A stretch of DNA of 64,000 nt. It comes from Pseudomonadota bacterium. GTDB taxonomy: Bacteria > Pseudomonadota > Gammaproteobacteria > Pseudomonadales > Halieaceae. The notes beneath the pieces were generated by a model. That model ran no database searches. It saw only the letters and a program-made list of their open reading frames with translations, and had not been told where the DNA came from. The DNA lies in the NCBI GenBank assembly GCA_039178015.1, contig JBCDFM010000003.1, positions 475 to 64,474 of the forward strand. Direction: 5' to 3'. Each line of letters begins with the position of its first letter. The stretch's first letter is position 1. Positions 1-9,607 of the stretch are shown in pieces. Made by a program: the position numbers and the translations under genes.

Positions 1-471
1 CGAGCGAATATCGATAAAGGCTTCATTGAAGACGCAATTCCGGAATTTATTCTGTACTGGCGGGAGCGCGGAGCAGCGCCGCGAGAGCTGAACTCGAAGT
101 TCATCCAACATATTCGTCTGCAGTGGGCCAGGTTTAGCTCAAGCCTGGAGCACAGTACACACCCGAAACGCATCGCAAACGATTGGGAGCCTGCAGGGGA
201 TGTCTACGACATCCTGAGACTCTCCCACATCGATGTTGAGTTTGCTAGGTCGTTGCTGCCAGAATTCATTCTGTATTGGCGCGATAGTAATCAGATGCAC
301 ACATCGTGGAACAGCAAGTTTTTACAACATGTCAAATTCCACTGGGCCAAACGTCATCAGCTAGAAAAGGCAGGGTTACAACATGGCGAACAGCGGAGAC
401 CTCATCCAGCAGGTCGCACGAGAGATCGAAGCCTCCAAGACGACCTCACCGACACCTCCTGGGCAGAGTGA
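1..471 (+). CDS. DnaT-like ssDNA-binding-domain protein, 5'-truncated at window edge, two tandem domain copies
   Basis: Frame +1 is open from base 1 to TGA at 469-471. Hand translation shows an internal duplication (IPEFILYWRERGAAPRELNSKFIQHIRLQWARF / LPEFILYWRDSNQMHTSWNSKFLQHVKFHWAKR) that I associate with DnaT_2-type domains. The last ~30 codons overlap the next gene. Confidence 0.5.
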   Translation, partial: RANIDKGFIEDAIPEFILYWRERGAAPRELNSKFIQHIRLQWARFSSSLEHSTHPKRIANDWEPAGDVYDILRLSHIDVEFARSLLPEFILYWRDSNQMHTSWNSKFLQHVKFHWAKRHQLEKAGLQHGEQRRPHPAGRTRDRSLQDDLTDTSWAE

Positions 472-1054
472 AGAGCCCAGTGTTGCTAACCCTGAAGCGC
501 ATGTGGAAACCATAAATCAGGTTTTTGCTTTATTTAGACTCAACTACCATAACCAGTACTACGCGGCGTTTCCCGATGCAGAACAGCTCAACCAGCTGAA
601 GAAACTGTGGCTGGAAACACTAGGCGACTTTCCAGTTGCGCAAATATTAACCGGAGCAAAACGAGCAATCGAAAACAGCGAGTACCTGCCAACACTGAAT
701 CGCATGCTTGAGTGTTGCCAGCAAGGGTTGACTGAATTCGGGCTCCCCGCGCCTCATGACGCCTACCTCGAAGCCTGTAGCGCTGCCTCACCTCGGGCCG
801 CTCAGAATTGGAGTCATCCCGCTGTCTACCTGGCTGGTCGTGACAGCGGTTGGTACTTACTGAGTAACGAAACCCAGCGAACTAGCTGGCCGGTTTTTCG
901 AGAGTATTACCAGGGTTACTGCACCCGGGTTTTACGAGGGGAAACACTTGAATCACCGCGACAGCAGGTCTTGGAATCACACACCAATCCGGTTCAGTCG
1001 CGGGAGGATCGAATCACAGCGTTGAAGGCATTGAGGGCCGACGTCGACCTCTAA
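383..1054 (+). CDS. Phage lambda replication protein P-like family protein
   Basis: The 223-aa ORF aligns by eye with lambda P over its whole length (INxVF..L...FP, W...F, LP....F..C, GLP, W.....YL). It overlaps the upstream ORF by 89 nt. An alternative in-frame GTG lies at 503. Confidence 0.6.
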   Translation: MANSGDLIQQVAREIEASKTTSPTPPGQSEEPSVANPEAHVETINQVFALFRLNYHNQYYAAFPDAEQLNQLKKLWLETLGDFPVAQILTGAKRAIENSEYLPTLNRMLECCQQGLTEFGLPAPHDAYLEACSAASPRAAQNWSHPAVYLAGRDSGWYLLSNETQRTSWPVFREYYQGYCTRVLRGETLESPRQQVLESHTNPVQSREDRITALKALRADVDL

Positions 1055-1113
1055 TGCCATGATCTTAAACTGGCAGCCACTAAAAAGACTTGCCAAATAC
1101 TGCTATAGCTGGA

Positions 1114-1449
1114 TTAAGCCTCTTCGGTCGGCTGCGAGGCCGCCGCTTCTTTTATCAGCGTCTGCAGCTCCCCGCTGTCAAACATTTCCGTCACGATATC
1201 GCAGCCACCGATCAACTCACCCTTTACCCATAGTTGGGGAAAGGTTGGCCAATTCGCGTACTTGGGCAGGTTGCTACGGATATCAGGATTGGACAGGATA
1301 TCGACATAGGCAAAACGTTCGCCACATGCCATGAGCGCTTGCACAGTACGCGATGAAAAGCCGCACTGAGGTTGATTGGGTGAACCTTTCATGTAGAGCA
1401 AGATCGGGTTGTTGTCTATCTGCTCTTTGATTGTCTCGATAATATCCAT
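1114..1449 (-). CDS. grxD: Monothiol glutaredoxin (Grx4/GrxD family)
   Basis: 111 aa with the CGFS active site (PQCGFSSRT) and WPTFPQLWVKGELIGGCDI, typical of monothiol Grx. Confidence 0.95.
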   Translation of the reverse strand: MDIIETIKEQIDNNPILLYMKGSPNQPQCGFSSRTVQALMACGERFAYVDILSNPDIRSNLPKYANWPTFPQLWVKGELIGGCDIVTEMFDSGELQTLIKEAAASQPTEEA

Positions 1450-1682
1450 TTACTGATCCTGCCTTCATCTCTGGGTGCGCCTGGGCACAATTGATTTCCT
1501 ATCCCTAGTTTACCCTATTGCTAAGGGGTGCTCCTACCTCCCAGACCATATCCCCAAAACGCGAGTTTCAGCGGATTGCCAAGGTGAATTGATAGCGCTA
1601 TGATGCGCCATCTTAGGCAGCCCCCGCTGCCTTTTTGCGTTTATAGCGCTTTATTTTTTTACGGGGATAGGAGTCTTTACTC

Positions 1683-2849
1683 ATGTCGGCGTTAATGGAG
1701 ACTTATGCCAGGCTACCCGTGACGTTCAGTCACGGTGAGGGCGTCTACCTATACGATACAGATGGCAAGCGCTATCTAGACGCGTTGGCCGGCATCGCGG
1801 TAAACGGACTTGGGCATTCTCATCCGGCCGTGACTGCCGCCATCTCCGCCCAGGCCGGTCTACTAATTCATACTTCCAATCTTTATCGCATTGGACCTCA
1901 GGAAGCGCTGGCAGAGATGCTGACTGCGGTGAGCGGCATGGAGAATTGCTTTTTCGGTAACTCCGGTGCAGAGGCAAACGAGGCTGCGATCAAGCTGGCC
2001 AGGCTCTATGGTCATCAGCAGGGTGTCGACAGGCCAGCAATCATCGTGATGGAAGGGGCATTCCACGGTCGTACCTTAGCCACGCTGAGCGCAACCGGGA
2101 ACCGTAAAATTCAGGCGGGATTTGAACCGCTAGTATCTGGCTTTACTCGCGCGCCACGCAACGACCTGAAGGCACTCAATCAAATCGCGGAGAACAATCC
2201 CGATGTCGTCGCCGTGTTCATGGAACCCATACAGGGCGAGGCGGGCGTATACCCCATGGATACCGACTACCTGAACGCCGTGCGGACCTTGTGTGATGAA
2301 CACAACTGGCTGTTAATGCTCGATGAGGTGCAAACCGGAAACGCACGAACCGGTACCTACTTCGCCTACCAGGCAATGGGGTTCGTTCCCGATGTTGTCA
2401 CCACCGCCAAGGGATTGGGTAACGGCGTCCCGATTGGCGCCTGTCTTGCCCGAGGCAATGCAGCTCATGTGCTCGGCGGTGGCCAACACGGCTCTACCTA
2501 CGGCGGGAATCCACTGGCTTGCGCAACCGCGCTGGCGGTCGTACGCACCCTGGTTGAAGAAGAACTGGGCCAGAACGCGATACGCATGGGTCAGATTATC
2601 GTGGATGAGTTGCATGCTGACGCCGCGGTGGCTGACAACATTCTTGAGGTTAGAGGGCGCGGTCTAATGCTGGGTATTACGCTGAAGCAGGAATCGAAGA
2701 ACTTGGTGCATACCGCCCTAGAGGCTGGTCTTTTAATCAACATGACCTCACCCGATACGGTGCGCATATTGCCACCGTTAATCATCTCGGAGCCGGAGGC
2801 TCGAGAATTGGCATCCCTCCTCTGCGCCCTCTTGCGCGCACCACAATAA
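1683..2849 (+). CDS. argD: Acetylornithine aminotransferase (class III PLP aminotransferase)
   Basis: 388 aa with class-III aminotransferase motifs ([36 protein letters not shown] with the PLP lysine). It lies directly upstream of argF. Confidence 0.85.
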   Translation: MSALMETYARLPVTFSHGEGVYLYDTDGKRYLDALAGIAVNGLGHSHPAVTAAISAQAGLLIHTSNLYRIGPQEALAEMLTAVSGMENCFFGNSGAEANEAAIKLARLYGHQQGVDRPAIIVMEGAFHGRTLATLSATGNRKIQAGFEPLVSGFTRAPRNDLKALNQIAENNPDVVAVFMEPIQGEAGVYPMDTDYLNAVRTLCDEHNWLLMLDEVQTGNARTGTYFAYQAMGFVPDVVTTAKGLGNGVPIGACLARGNAAHVLGGGQHGSTYGGNPLACATALAVVRTLVEEELGQNAIRMGQIIVDELHADAAVADNILEVRGRGLMLGITLKQESKNLVHTALEAGLLINMTSPDTVRILPPLIISEPEARELASLLCALLRAPQ

Positions 2850-2880
2850 GACGCCCTTAAGCGTCCAGACGGAACTGAGC

Positions 2881-3795
2881 ATGTCAGACACACGACATTT
2901 TTTGACCTTACTTGATTTCAGCCCGACCGAATTGAAGGCGATGATCGAGCGGGCAATCGAGATGAAGAAAGCGCTGAAAGCCGGCACCGACAGTCGACCG
3001 CTTACGGGTAAGGTTATGGCGATGGTATTTGCCAAGTCATCTACTCGTACTCGCGTATCGTTTGAAACCGGTATGGCTCAATTAGGTGGTCACGCGATGT
3101 TTCTCTCGTCTCAAGACACGCAGCTGGGCAGAGGCGAGCCGGTAGAAGACAGTGCTCGTGTCATCTCTTCGATGGTCGACATAGTGATGATCAGAACCTT
3201 TGGTCACGATATCGTGCAACGTTTTGCCGCTCACTCGAGCGCTCCCGTTATTAACGGTCTCACGGATGACTATCATCCCTGTCAGCTGCTGGCTGATATG
3301 CAAACCTGGGTGGAACATCGCGGCGACATATCAGGCAAGACCGTCTGCTGGGTGGGCGATGGCAATAATATGTGTCAATCCTATATCAACGCTGCTCGCC
3401 AATTCGACTTCGAACTGCGAATCGCCTGTCCGCCCGGCTTTGAACCGGCTGCGCACCTACTATCCGCGAACAAGGATCGAGTGAGCGTGGTGGCCGACCC
3501 CACGACCGCTGCCAGGGGGGCAAATCTCATTGTCACCGATGTCTGGGCATCTATGGGACAAGAGGAAGAGCAGCTGAAACGAGCGGCAGCCTTCGCCAGC
3601 TACCAGGTAAACGAGGAGCTGATGGGCATGGCGGCCAGTGATGCGCTTTACATGCACTGCTTGCCAGCGCATCGTGGAGAAGAGATCAGCGCTCAGCTCA
3701 TGGACGACTCCTCTACAGTGATCTGGGATGAAGCAGAGAATCGTCTGCACGCCCAGAAAGCACTGATAGAGGCGCTGGTAACAGCGAATAGCTAG
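2881..3795 (+). CDS. argF: Ornithine carbamoyltransferase
   Basis: 304 aa with STRTRVSFE (carbamoyl-phosphate site), HPCQLLAD and [10 protein letters not shown] motifs. Confidence 0.93.
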   Translation: MSDTRHFLTLLDFSPTELKAMIERAIEMKKALKAGTDSRPLTGKVMAMVFAKSSTRTRVSFETGMAQLGGHAMFLSSQDTQLGRGEPVEDSARVISSMVDIVMIRTFGHDIVQRFAAHSSAPVINGLTDDYHPCQLLADMQTWVEHRGDISGKTVCWVGDGNNMCQSYINAARQFDFELRIACPPGFEPAAHLLSANKDRVSVVADPTTAARGANLIVTDVWASMGQEEEQLKRAAAFASYQVNEELMGMAASDALYMHCLPAHRGEEISAQLMDDSSTVIWDEAENRLHAQKALIEALVTANS

Positions 3796-4049
3796 CCGAT
3801 ATTGACCCAAAAGCGCTCTGATGGGTCATCAGCAGGGCAGACTCTTGGCGGCAACTCGCTTCCCGCAGAAACTTGTGCATATTTTATAAAAATAAAACTG
3901 TGGCTCTCTGAGTCATTTTGACAAGACTCGCGATTCAGCAGAATCCAACAATCGCAGGGTCTGGCAGGTTAGTGAGCACAGACACATCTTGTATACACAA
4001 ATTATCCACAGAATAAACCCAGCCTCATTGTCTTGCATTGTTGCTTCGA

Positions 4050-4098
4050 CCGCTTTATCTTGTAGTGAAGCTAGCGGCTAACCCCTACATCTTGGGTA
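4050..4098 (+). promoter_or_regulatory. Putative tandem NrdR boxes upstream of nrdAB
   Basis: Two copies of the core A(C/T)ATCTTG(T/G) (ccgCTTTATCTTGTAG centred ~4057/58, ACCCCTACATCTTGGGT centred ~4089/90) lie 32 bp apart centre to centre. That is the usual spacing of paired NrdR boxes. The second has complementary ACCC/GGGT arms. Confidence 0.4.
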
Positions 4099-4375
4099 TT
4101 GCGACCGCAAAACCATCTGAAACTGCATAAAATCAGGCCATCAAAAATGGCGCAGGAGAGAGATGGTCGCACCGGGTTCCGCCATACAGCATCGGCAGTA
4201 GATCATGCTCACCCGCCATGGTGAGCAACCGGAAACGGACGACCGGGCTCACGACTTTCCCAGGTTGCCATTCCCGGAAACGGTTTTAAACGGGGCAGAA
4301 AATATCGGCGTTAGCAGCAGCCTGCGACAGTAATTCAACAACAATAAGGCTTTAGGCCAGGAAAGTGGAGCGATA

Positions 4376-7243
4376 ATGCAGACAGAGACCACCACAGCAG
4401 CCAGTGTCACGGCCACTACAGGACGCGACACTGTTTCAACCACCACCAGCATTGCGGCGACCGCGCCAGGCCAACTGCGTGTTATCAAACGCAATGGCAC
4501 TGTAGTCCCGTTTGAGATGAGTAAGATTTCAGTGGCGATTACCAAGGCCTTCTTAGCCGTGGAGGGAGGTACGGCCGCCGCGTCCAGCCGCATTCATGAG
4601 ACAGTGGCCCGGCTGACAGAACAAGTGACATCAACGTTCAAACGGCGCATGCCCTCTGGTGGCACCATCCATATTGAAGATATTCAGGACCAGGTAGAGC
4701 TGTCCCTGATGCGAGCTGGTGAGCATAAAATCGCTCGCGACTATGTCATTTATCGCGAGGAGCAGGCGCGTAAACGGGCAGCTAAAGAAGCGCTCTCCCC
4801 GGCCACACAGGCGGTCGCGGGCAGTATTAATGTTATACAAGCTGATGGCAGTAGTGCGCCGCTTGATCTGGATCGGATCCATACGGTGGTGTCTGAGGCC
4901 TGCTTTGAGCTCTCCGATGTCAATGAAACCACTATTCTGGACGAAGCACTGCGCAACTTATACGACGGAGTGACAGCAGACGAGCTGAGTACGTCCCTGG
5001 TGATCACAGCGCGTACCATGATCGAGCAGGAACCGAATTATAGCTATGTCGCAGCGCGCCTATTGTGCGACAACCTGCGAGCAGAAGCTCTCAACTTTCT
5101 TGGTATCGCGAAAAGTGCTACACAGGCGGACATGGGTACGCTTTACGCAAGCGCTTTAGCTGCCTATGTCCAAAAGGGTGTCGAATTGGAATTACTCGCC
5201 CCCAATCTACTGGAGTTTGATCTCGAAAAGCTGGGTCAGGCTATTCTCCCAGAGCGGGATTTGCAGTTCACCTACCTCGGATTGCAAACGCTCTATGACC
5301 GTTACTTTATTCACAGTGACGACATTCGGATAGAGCTGCCTCAGGTATTTTTCATGCGTGTCGCGATGGGGCTAGCCACCGAAGAGGATGATCGGAATGC
5401 CCGGGCCATAGAGTTTTACAGATTGCTATCTTCATTCGACTACATGAGTTCAACGCCGACACTATTTAATGCTGGAACCTTGCGCCCGCAATTATCTTCT
5501 TGCTATCTGACCACCGTGCCGGACGATCTTCACGGCATCTATGGCGCGATACAAGACAACGCCATGCTTTCCAAATTTGCCGGTGGCCTGGGTAATGACT
5601 GGACGCCGGTGCGTGCACTTGGAGCCTATATCAAAGGCACCAATGGTAAGTCGCAGGGTGTGGTGCCATTTTTGAAAGTAGTCAACGATACCGCCGTTGC
5701 GGTTAACCAGGGCGGCAAGCGCAAGGGCGCCGTCTGCTCTTACCTGGAAACATGGCACTTAGACATAGAAGAGTTTGTCGAACTGCGCAAAAACACAGGA
5801 GATGATCGTCGGCGTACCCACGACATGAATACAGCGAACTGGATTCCTGATTTGTTCATGAAGCGAGTCTTCGATGGTGGCGACTGGACACTGTTTTCGC
5901 CCAACGATGTACCCGATCTACACGACCTCTATGGCAAGGCGTTCGAACAACGGTACGAGCAGTATGAAGCGATGACCGTCAGTGGCGAAATCAAACTCTA
6001 CAAGACGGTAAAGGCAGAAAATTTGTGGCGCAAAATGCTGGGCATGTTGTTCGAAACAGGTCATCCATGGATGACCTTCAAAGACCCCTGCAATCTGCGC
6101 TCCCCACAGCAGCATGTGGGTGTGGTCCATTCGTCCAACCTGTGCACAGAAATCACCTTGAATACGAACAAGGATGAGATCGCCGTCTGTAATCTTGGCT
6201 CTATTAACCTGCCACAGCACATCAACGAAAATGGACTTGACCTGGATAAGCTGCGCAACACGGTTAGAACCGCCGTGCGCATGTTGGACAATGTAATCGA
6301 TATCAACTACTACTCCGTCAACCAGGCACAAAATTCCAACTTTCTGCACCGCCCGGTTGGTTTAGGCTTAATGGGATTCCAGGACGCGCTGTACAAGCAG
6401 CATATCGCATACGGCTCAGAGGATGCCGTTACCTTTGCCGATCGCTCCATGGAAGCGATCAGCTATTACGCAATCGAAGCTTCCAGCGAACTGGCAACTG
6501 AGCGCGGAGCCTACTCCAGCTATGAGGGTTCACTCTGGAGTCAAGGCATATTCCCAATTGACTCGCTGGATCGTCTCAGCGAAGAGCGTGGCGAAAAATA
6601 TATCCAGGTCGATCGCAGCCAGATATTGGATTGGTCAACGCTGAGAGAAAAGGTCAAAAGTCAGGGTATGCGAAACTCAAACGTGATGGCGATCGCACCC
6701 ACGGCAACGATCGCCAACATCACAGGCGTTTCGCAATCAATAGAACCCACCTATCAAAACCTATATGTAAAATCGAATCTCTCAGGCGAATTTACTGTGG
6801 TTAACCCCTATTTGGTGAACGACCTCAAGACAGCAGACCTTTGGGATCAGGTAATGGTTAATGATCTCAAATACTATGACGGTAGCGTACAGGCTATTGA
6901 TCGGATACCTAACGAACTGAAAGCAATCTATGCAACCGCTTTCGAGGTCGAACCGCGCTGGCTGGTAGAGTCTGCGAGTCGCCGGCAAAAATGGATTGAC
7001 CAGGCTCAGTCTCTGAACCTGTATATCAATAACGCCAATGGCAAAAAGTTGGACATCACCTATCGTATGGCCTGGTTCAGCGGTTTGAAGACGACATATT
7101 ACCTGCGGTCACTGGCTGCAACAGGCACGGAGAAATCCACCATCGACACCGGGCAGCTGAATGCAGTGGCCAGTGAAGCAGCGCCGGCACCGGTACCTGC
7201 AGCCTGTTCGCTGGATGACCCGGATTGCGAAGCATGTCAGTAA
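4376..7243 (+). CDS. nrdA: Class Ia ribonucleoside-diphosphate reductase alpha subunit
   Basis: 955 aa with an N-terminal ATP-cone (VIKRNGTVVPFEMSKI), the catalytic NLCTEI motif and a C-terminal redox Cys pair (CSLDDPDCEACQ). Confidence 0.97.
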   Translation: MQTETTTAASVTATTGRDTVSTTTSIAATAPGQLRVIKRNGTVVPFEMSKISVAITKAFLAVEGGTAAASSRIHETVARLTEQVTSTFKRRMPSGGTIHIEDIQDQVELSLMRAGEHKIARDYVIYREEQARKRAAKEALSPATQAVAGSINVIQADGSSAPLDLDRIHTVVSEACFELSDVNETTILDEALRNLYDGVTADELSTSLVITARTMIEQEPNYSYVAARLLCDNLRAEALNFLGIAKSATQADMGTLYASALAAYVQKGVELELLAPNLLEFDLEKLGQAILPERDLQFTYLGLQTLYDRYFIHSDDIRIELPQVFFMRVAMGLATEEDDRNARAIEFYRLLSSFDYMSSTPTLFNAGTLRPQLSSCYLTTVPDDLHGIYGAIQDNAMLSKFAGGLGNDWTPVRALGAYIKGTNGKSQGVVPFLKVVNDTAVAVNQGGKRKGAVCSYLETWHLDIEEFVELRKNTGDDRRRTHDMNTANWIPDLFMKRVFDGGDWTLFSPNDVPDLHDLYGKAFEQRYEQYEAMTVSGEIKLYKTVKAENLWRKMLGMLFETGHPWMTFKDPCNLRSPQQHVGVVHSSNLCTEITLNTNKDEIAVCNLGSINLPQHINENGLDLDKLRNTVRTAVRMLDNVIDINYYSVNQAQNSNFLHRPVGLGLMGFQDALYKQHIAYGSEDAVTFADRSMEAISYYAIEASSELATERGAYSSYEGSLWSQGIFPIDSLDRLSEERGEKYIQVDRSQILDWSTLREKVKSQGMRNSNVMAIAPTATIANITGVSQSIEPTYQNLYVKSNLSGEFTVVNPYLVNDLKTADLWDQVMVNDLKYYDGSVQAIDRIPNELKAIYATAFEVEPRWLVESASRRQKWIDQAQSLNLYINNANGKKLDITYRMAWFSGLKTTYYLRSLAATGTEKSTIDTGQLNAVASEAAPAPVPAACSLDDPDCEACQ

Positions 7244-7316
7244 AGAATGTGGTGACACGGCGCAGCCTACGACAGGACATTAAGATCAATCAGAATCGAT
7301 CAGGGGATAACAGATC

Positions 7317-8585
7317 ATGTTGAATTGGGACGACTACAACACAGCTGAAACAGCACCCGCCGCACCGGCTCCTGCAGCGCTTACGGAAGCTGAATCAGTA
7401 CCCGCTCTGGAAGCAGTAGCACCGGCACCGGAAGCCGAGTCACAAGCCGCTGCCGGGGCCAGCGCACAACCGCCGGCTGGACTAGAAGCAAATATCGCCA
7501 AAGCCCACGAAGCACTGGAGCAGATGGATGTCGCGCCCGGACTAGAGGAACTGGAAATGGGCGCGGCCAGGGTATCGGTCGACGAAAAGGCGATGATCAA
7601 CTGTCGCGCCGATCTCAATCAACTGGTGCCATTCAAATACGATTGGGCCTGGCAGAAATATATCGACGGCTGCGCTAATCACTGGATGCCTCAAGAAATA
7701 AACATGACGGCGGACGTCTCTACCTGGAAGAGTAAGGATGGTTTGACCGAAGACGAGCGCCGTATCGTGATGCGCAATCTGGGTTACTTCTCCACAGCTG
7801 ATTCGCTGGTGGCAAACAATTTGGTATTGGCTATCTACCGTCTCATCACCAACCCAGAGTGTCGCCAATATATACTCCGGCAAGCGTTTGAAGAGGCAAT
7901 CCACACGCATGCTTACCAATACTGCATAGAGTCTTTAGGTATGGACGAGGGTGAAGTATTCAACATGTACCGCGAGATTCCCTCAGTGGCCAAAAAGGCG
8001 GCGTGGAGTATCAGCCACACCCACGCACTGAGCGATCCAAAGTTCAAGACCGGTACACATGAGACCGATCAAGAGCTGCTGCGAAATCTGATCGGCTTCT
8101 ACGCCGTGACGGAGGGGATCTTTTTCTACTGTGGATTCACCCAAATCTTGTCCATGGGTCGGCGCAATAAAATGACCGGCGTTGCAGAGCAGTTTCAATA
8201 CATTCTGCGCGATGAATCCATGCATCTGAACTTCGGCATCGATGTCATCAATCAGATTAAACTGGAAAATCCACACCTGTGGACAGAGTCCTTCAAAGAA
8301 GAAGCGATACAGATGATTCTGGAAGGTACGCAACTGGAAATCGAATATGCGCGAGACACCATGCCGCGAGGCGTCCTGGGAATGAACGCTGGGATGATGG
8401 AGGAATACCTGCACTTCATTGCTAACAGACGACTGTCTCAACTCGGGTTACCTGAACAGTATCCCGGTGCACAGAACCCATTCCCGTGGATGTCGGAAAT
8501 TATGGATCTTCGTAAGGAGAAGAATTTCTTCGAAACCCGGGTAATTGAATACCAGACCGGAGGAGCCCTTAACTGGGGCGACTGA
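7317..8585 (+). CDS. nrdB: Class Ia ribonucleotide reductase beta subunit with long Ala/Pro/Glu-rich N-terminal extension (Pseudomonas type)
   Basis: 422 aa with diiron ligand motifs ([19 protein letters not shown]). [23 protein letters not shown] matches the Pseudomonas-type NrdB. Confidence 0.97.
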   Translation: MLNWDDYNTAETAPAAPAPAALTEAESVPALEAVAPAPEAESQAAAGASAQPPAGLEANIAKAHEALEQMDVAPGLEELEMGAARVSVDEKAMINCRADLNQLVPFKYDWAWQKYIDGCANHWMPQEINMTADVSTWKSKDGLTEDERRIVMRNLGYFSTADSLVANNLVLAIYRLITNPECRQYILRQAFEEAIHTHAYQYCIESLGMDEGEVFNMYREIPSVAKKAAWSISHTHALSDPKFKTGTHETDQELLRNLIGFYAVTEGIFFYCGFTQILSMGRRNKMTGVAEQFQYILRDESMHLNFGIDVINQIKLENPHLWTESFKEEAIQMILEGTQLEIEYARDTMPRGVLGMNAGMMEEYLHFIANRRLSQLGLPEQYPGAQNPFPWMSEIMDLRKEKNFFETRVIEYQTGGALNWGD

Positions 8586-8600
8586 TGATCATTCTGGAGA

Positions 8601-8849
8601 TTGGGTAGCCACCAGACCTTAACGCCACTTACGACAACCGAGAGCAAAGCCATGGGCAACAGGGGCAAAAATCAGGCCGATACGGAAACGATCTTGATGG
8701 CCCTGGACCAGATCAGTCAAACTATTGATGTCATGACCAGCGTCGTCGGGCGCTTGCGGGCTTACATGAGCCAGCATGAGTCAGACAGTTTGGCCGAAAA
8801 AAACCAGGACCTGGAATCGGATTCCCAGTCAGATCGTATCGTTCACTAA
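8601..8849 (+). CDS. Hypothetical small acidic protein (start uncertain, possibly ATG 8652)
   Basis: 82-aa ORF 16 nt after the nrdB stop, followed 23 nt later by a terminator-like hairpin. No recognisable motifs. Confidence 0.3.
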   Translation: MGSHQTLTPLTTTESKAMGNRGKNQADTETILMALDQISQTIDVMTSVVGRLRAYMSQHESDSLAEKNQDLESDSQSDRIVH

Positions 8850-8871
8850 GATTTGACCAGGATCACCGTGA

Positions 8872-8899
8872 GAGCGAGCTCGCCTCGCTCAGGATTTTT
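8872..8899 (+). terminator. Rho-independent terminator candidate after the nrdAB region
   Basis: Stem GAGCGAG (8872-8878) / CTCGCTC (8884-8890) with a 5-nt loop, followed by AGGATTTTT. Confidence 0.5.
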
Positions 8900-9017
8900 G
8901 CCCCCTAGCAATTCTAACTTTCGCAGCCTCATGCATCTTTTGGCCGAGTAGCAAGGTTAGATCGCTTGTCGATTCCCTCGACTCTGACCAGGAAGCTACG
9001 CTGTAAGCCAAGTGTTC

Positions 9018-9545
9018 CTAGGCAACCTTGACGTGCTGTGAAGCGCTTTTTCTTCGGTTGCGAATAAAGGTTCCTAAGCCTATCGAGAGACGTCGATGGA
9101 TCGGCAGCCGATCAATAAAGAGTCTGCCCTCCAAGTGGTCCAGCTCATGCTGCAGACAGACTGCCTCCATGTCCTCCAGGTCGCGCTCGAAGACTCGCCC
9201 CTCACTATCACTGGCTCGTACTGTGACACGCGTGTCTCGCACTACATTTCCAATTACTCCGGGTACAGATAAACAGCTTTCCTCTACCAAGGCTGGGCGC
9301 TCGCGGCCGACTATTTCCGGGTTAATAAATATCTCCGCCGAGCTTCTGTCATCTGACAAGTCCATTATCAAGATACGGCGGAAGTCCCCGGCCTGGGGGG
9401 CAGAAAGGCCAATACCACCCGAGGCATAAAACGTTTCGACCAAATTATCTAGCGCCCGCTGGAGAGATGCGTCAAACTTTTCGACCGTGCGCGATTGCTG
9501 GCGTAATCGCTTATCGGGGTATTCAATCAACGGAAGCAGGGCCAT
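9018..9545 (-). CDS. def: Peptide deformylase (paralog-like, variant motif 2)
   Basis: 175 aa with GIGLSAPQ (motif 1), EESCLSVPG (motif 2, Gly to Ser) and QHELDHLEG (motif 3). AAGGAG RBS upstream. It lies 62 nt downstream of pucC on the same strand. Confidence 0.9.
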   Translation of the reverse strand: MALLPLIEYPDKRLRQQSRTVEKFDASLQRALDNLVETFYASGGIGLSAPQAGDFRRILIMDLSDDRSSAEIFINPEIVGRERPALVEESCLSVPGVIGNVVRDTRVTVRASDSEGRVFERDLEDMEAVCLQHELDHLEGRLFIDRLPIHRRLSIGLGTFIRNRRKSASQHVKVA

Positions 9546-9607
9546 AGCATTACTCCTTCTGGCGTCCTAATTCAGGGAATATCAGGCCTGTGAAGCAGAG
9601 GCAGCTC

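Noticed and set aside
3981-3996. Third NrdR-like box (cacACATCTTGTatac)
   Set aside because: It shares the ATCTTG core but matches the 16-bp palindrome poorly. It lies 71 bp from the next box, out of helical phase with it, so it is kept only as a note within the nrdA leader finding.
7334-7618. 94-aa antisense ORF in the Ala/Pro-rich 5' part of nrdB
   Set aside because: GC-rich, Ala-codon-rich sequence is open in several frames. The sense frame continues into an unmistakable NrdB.
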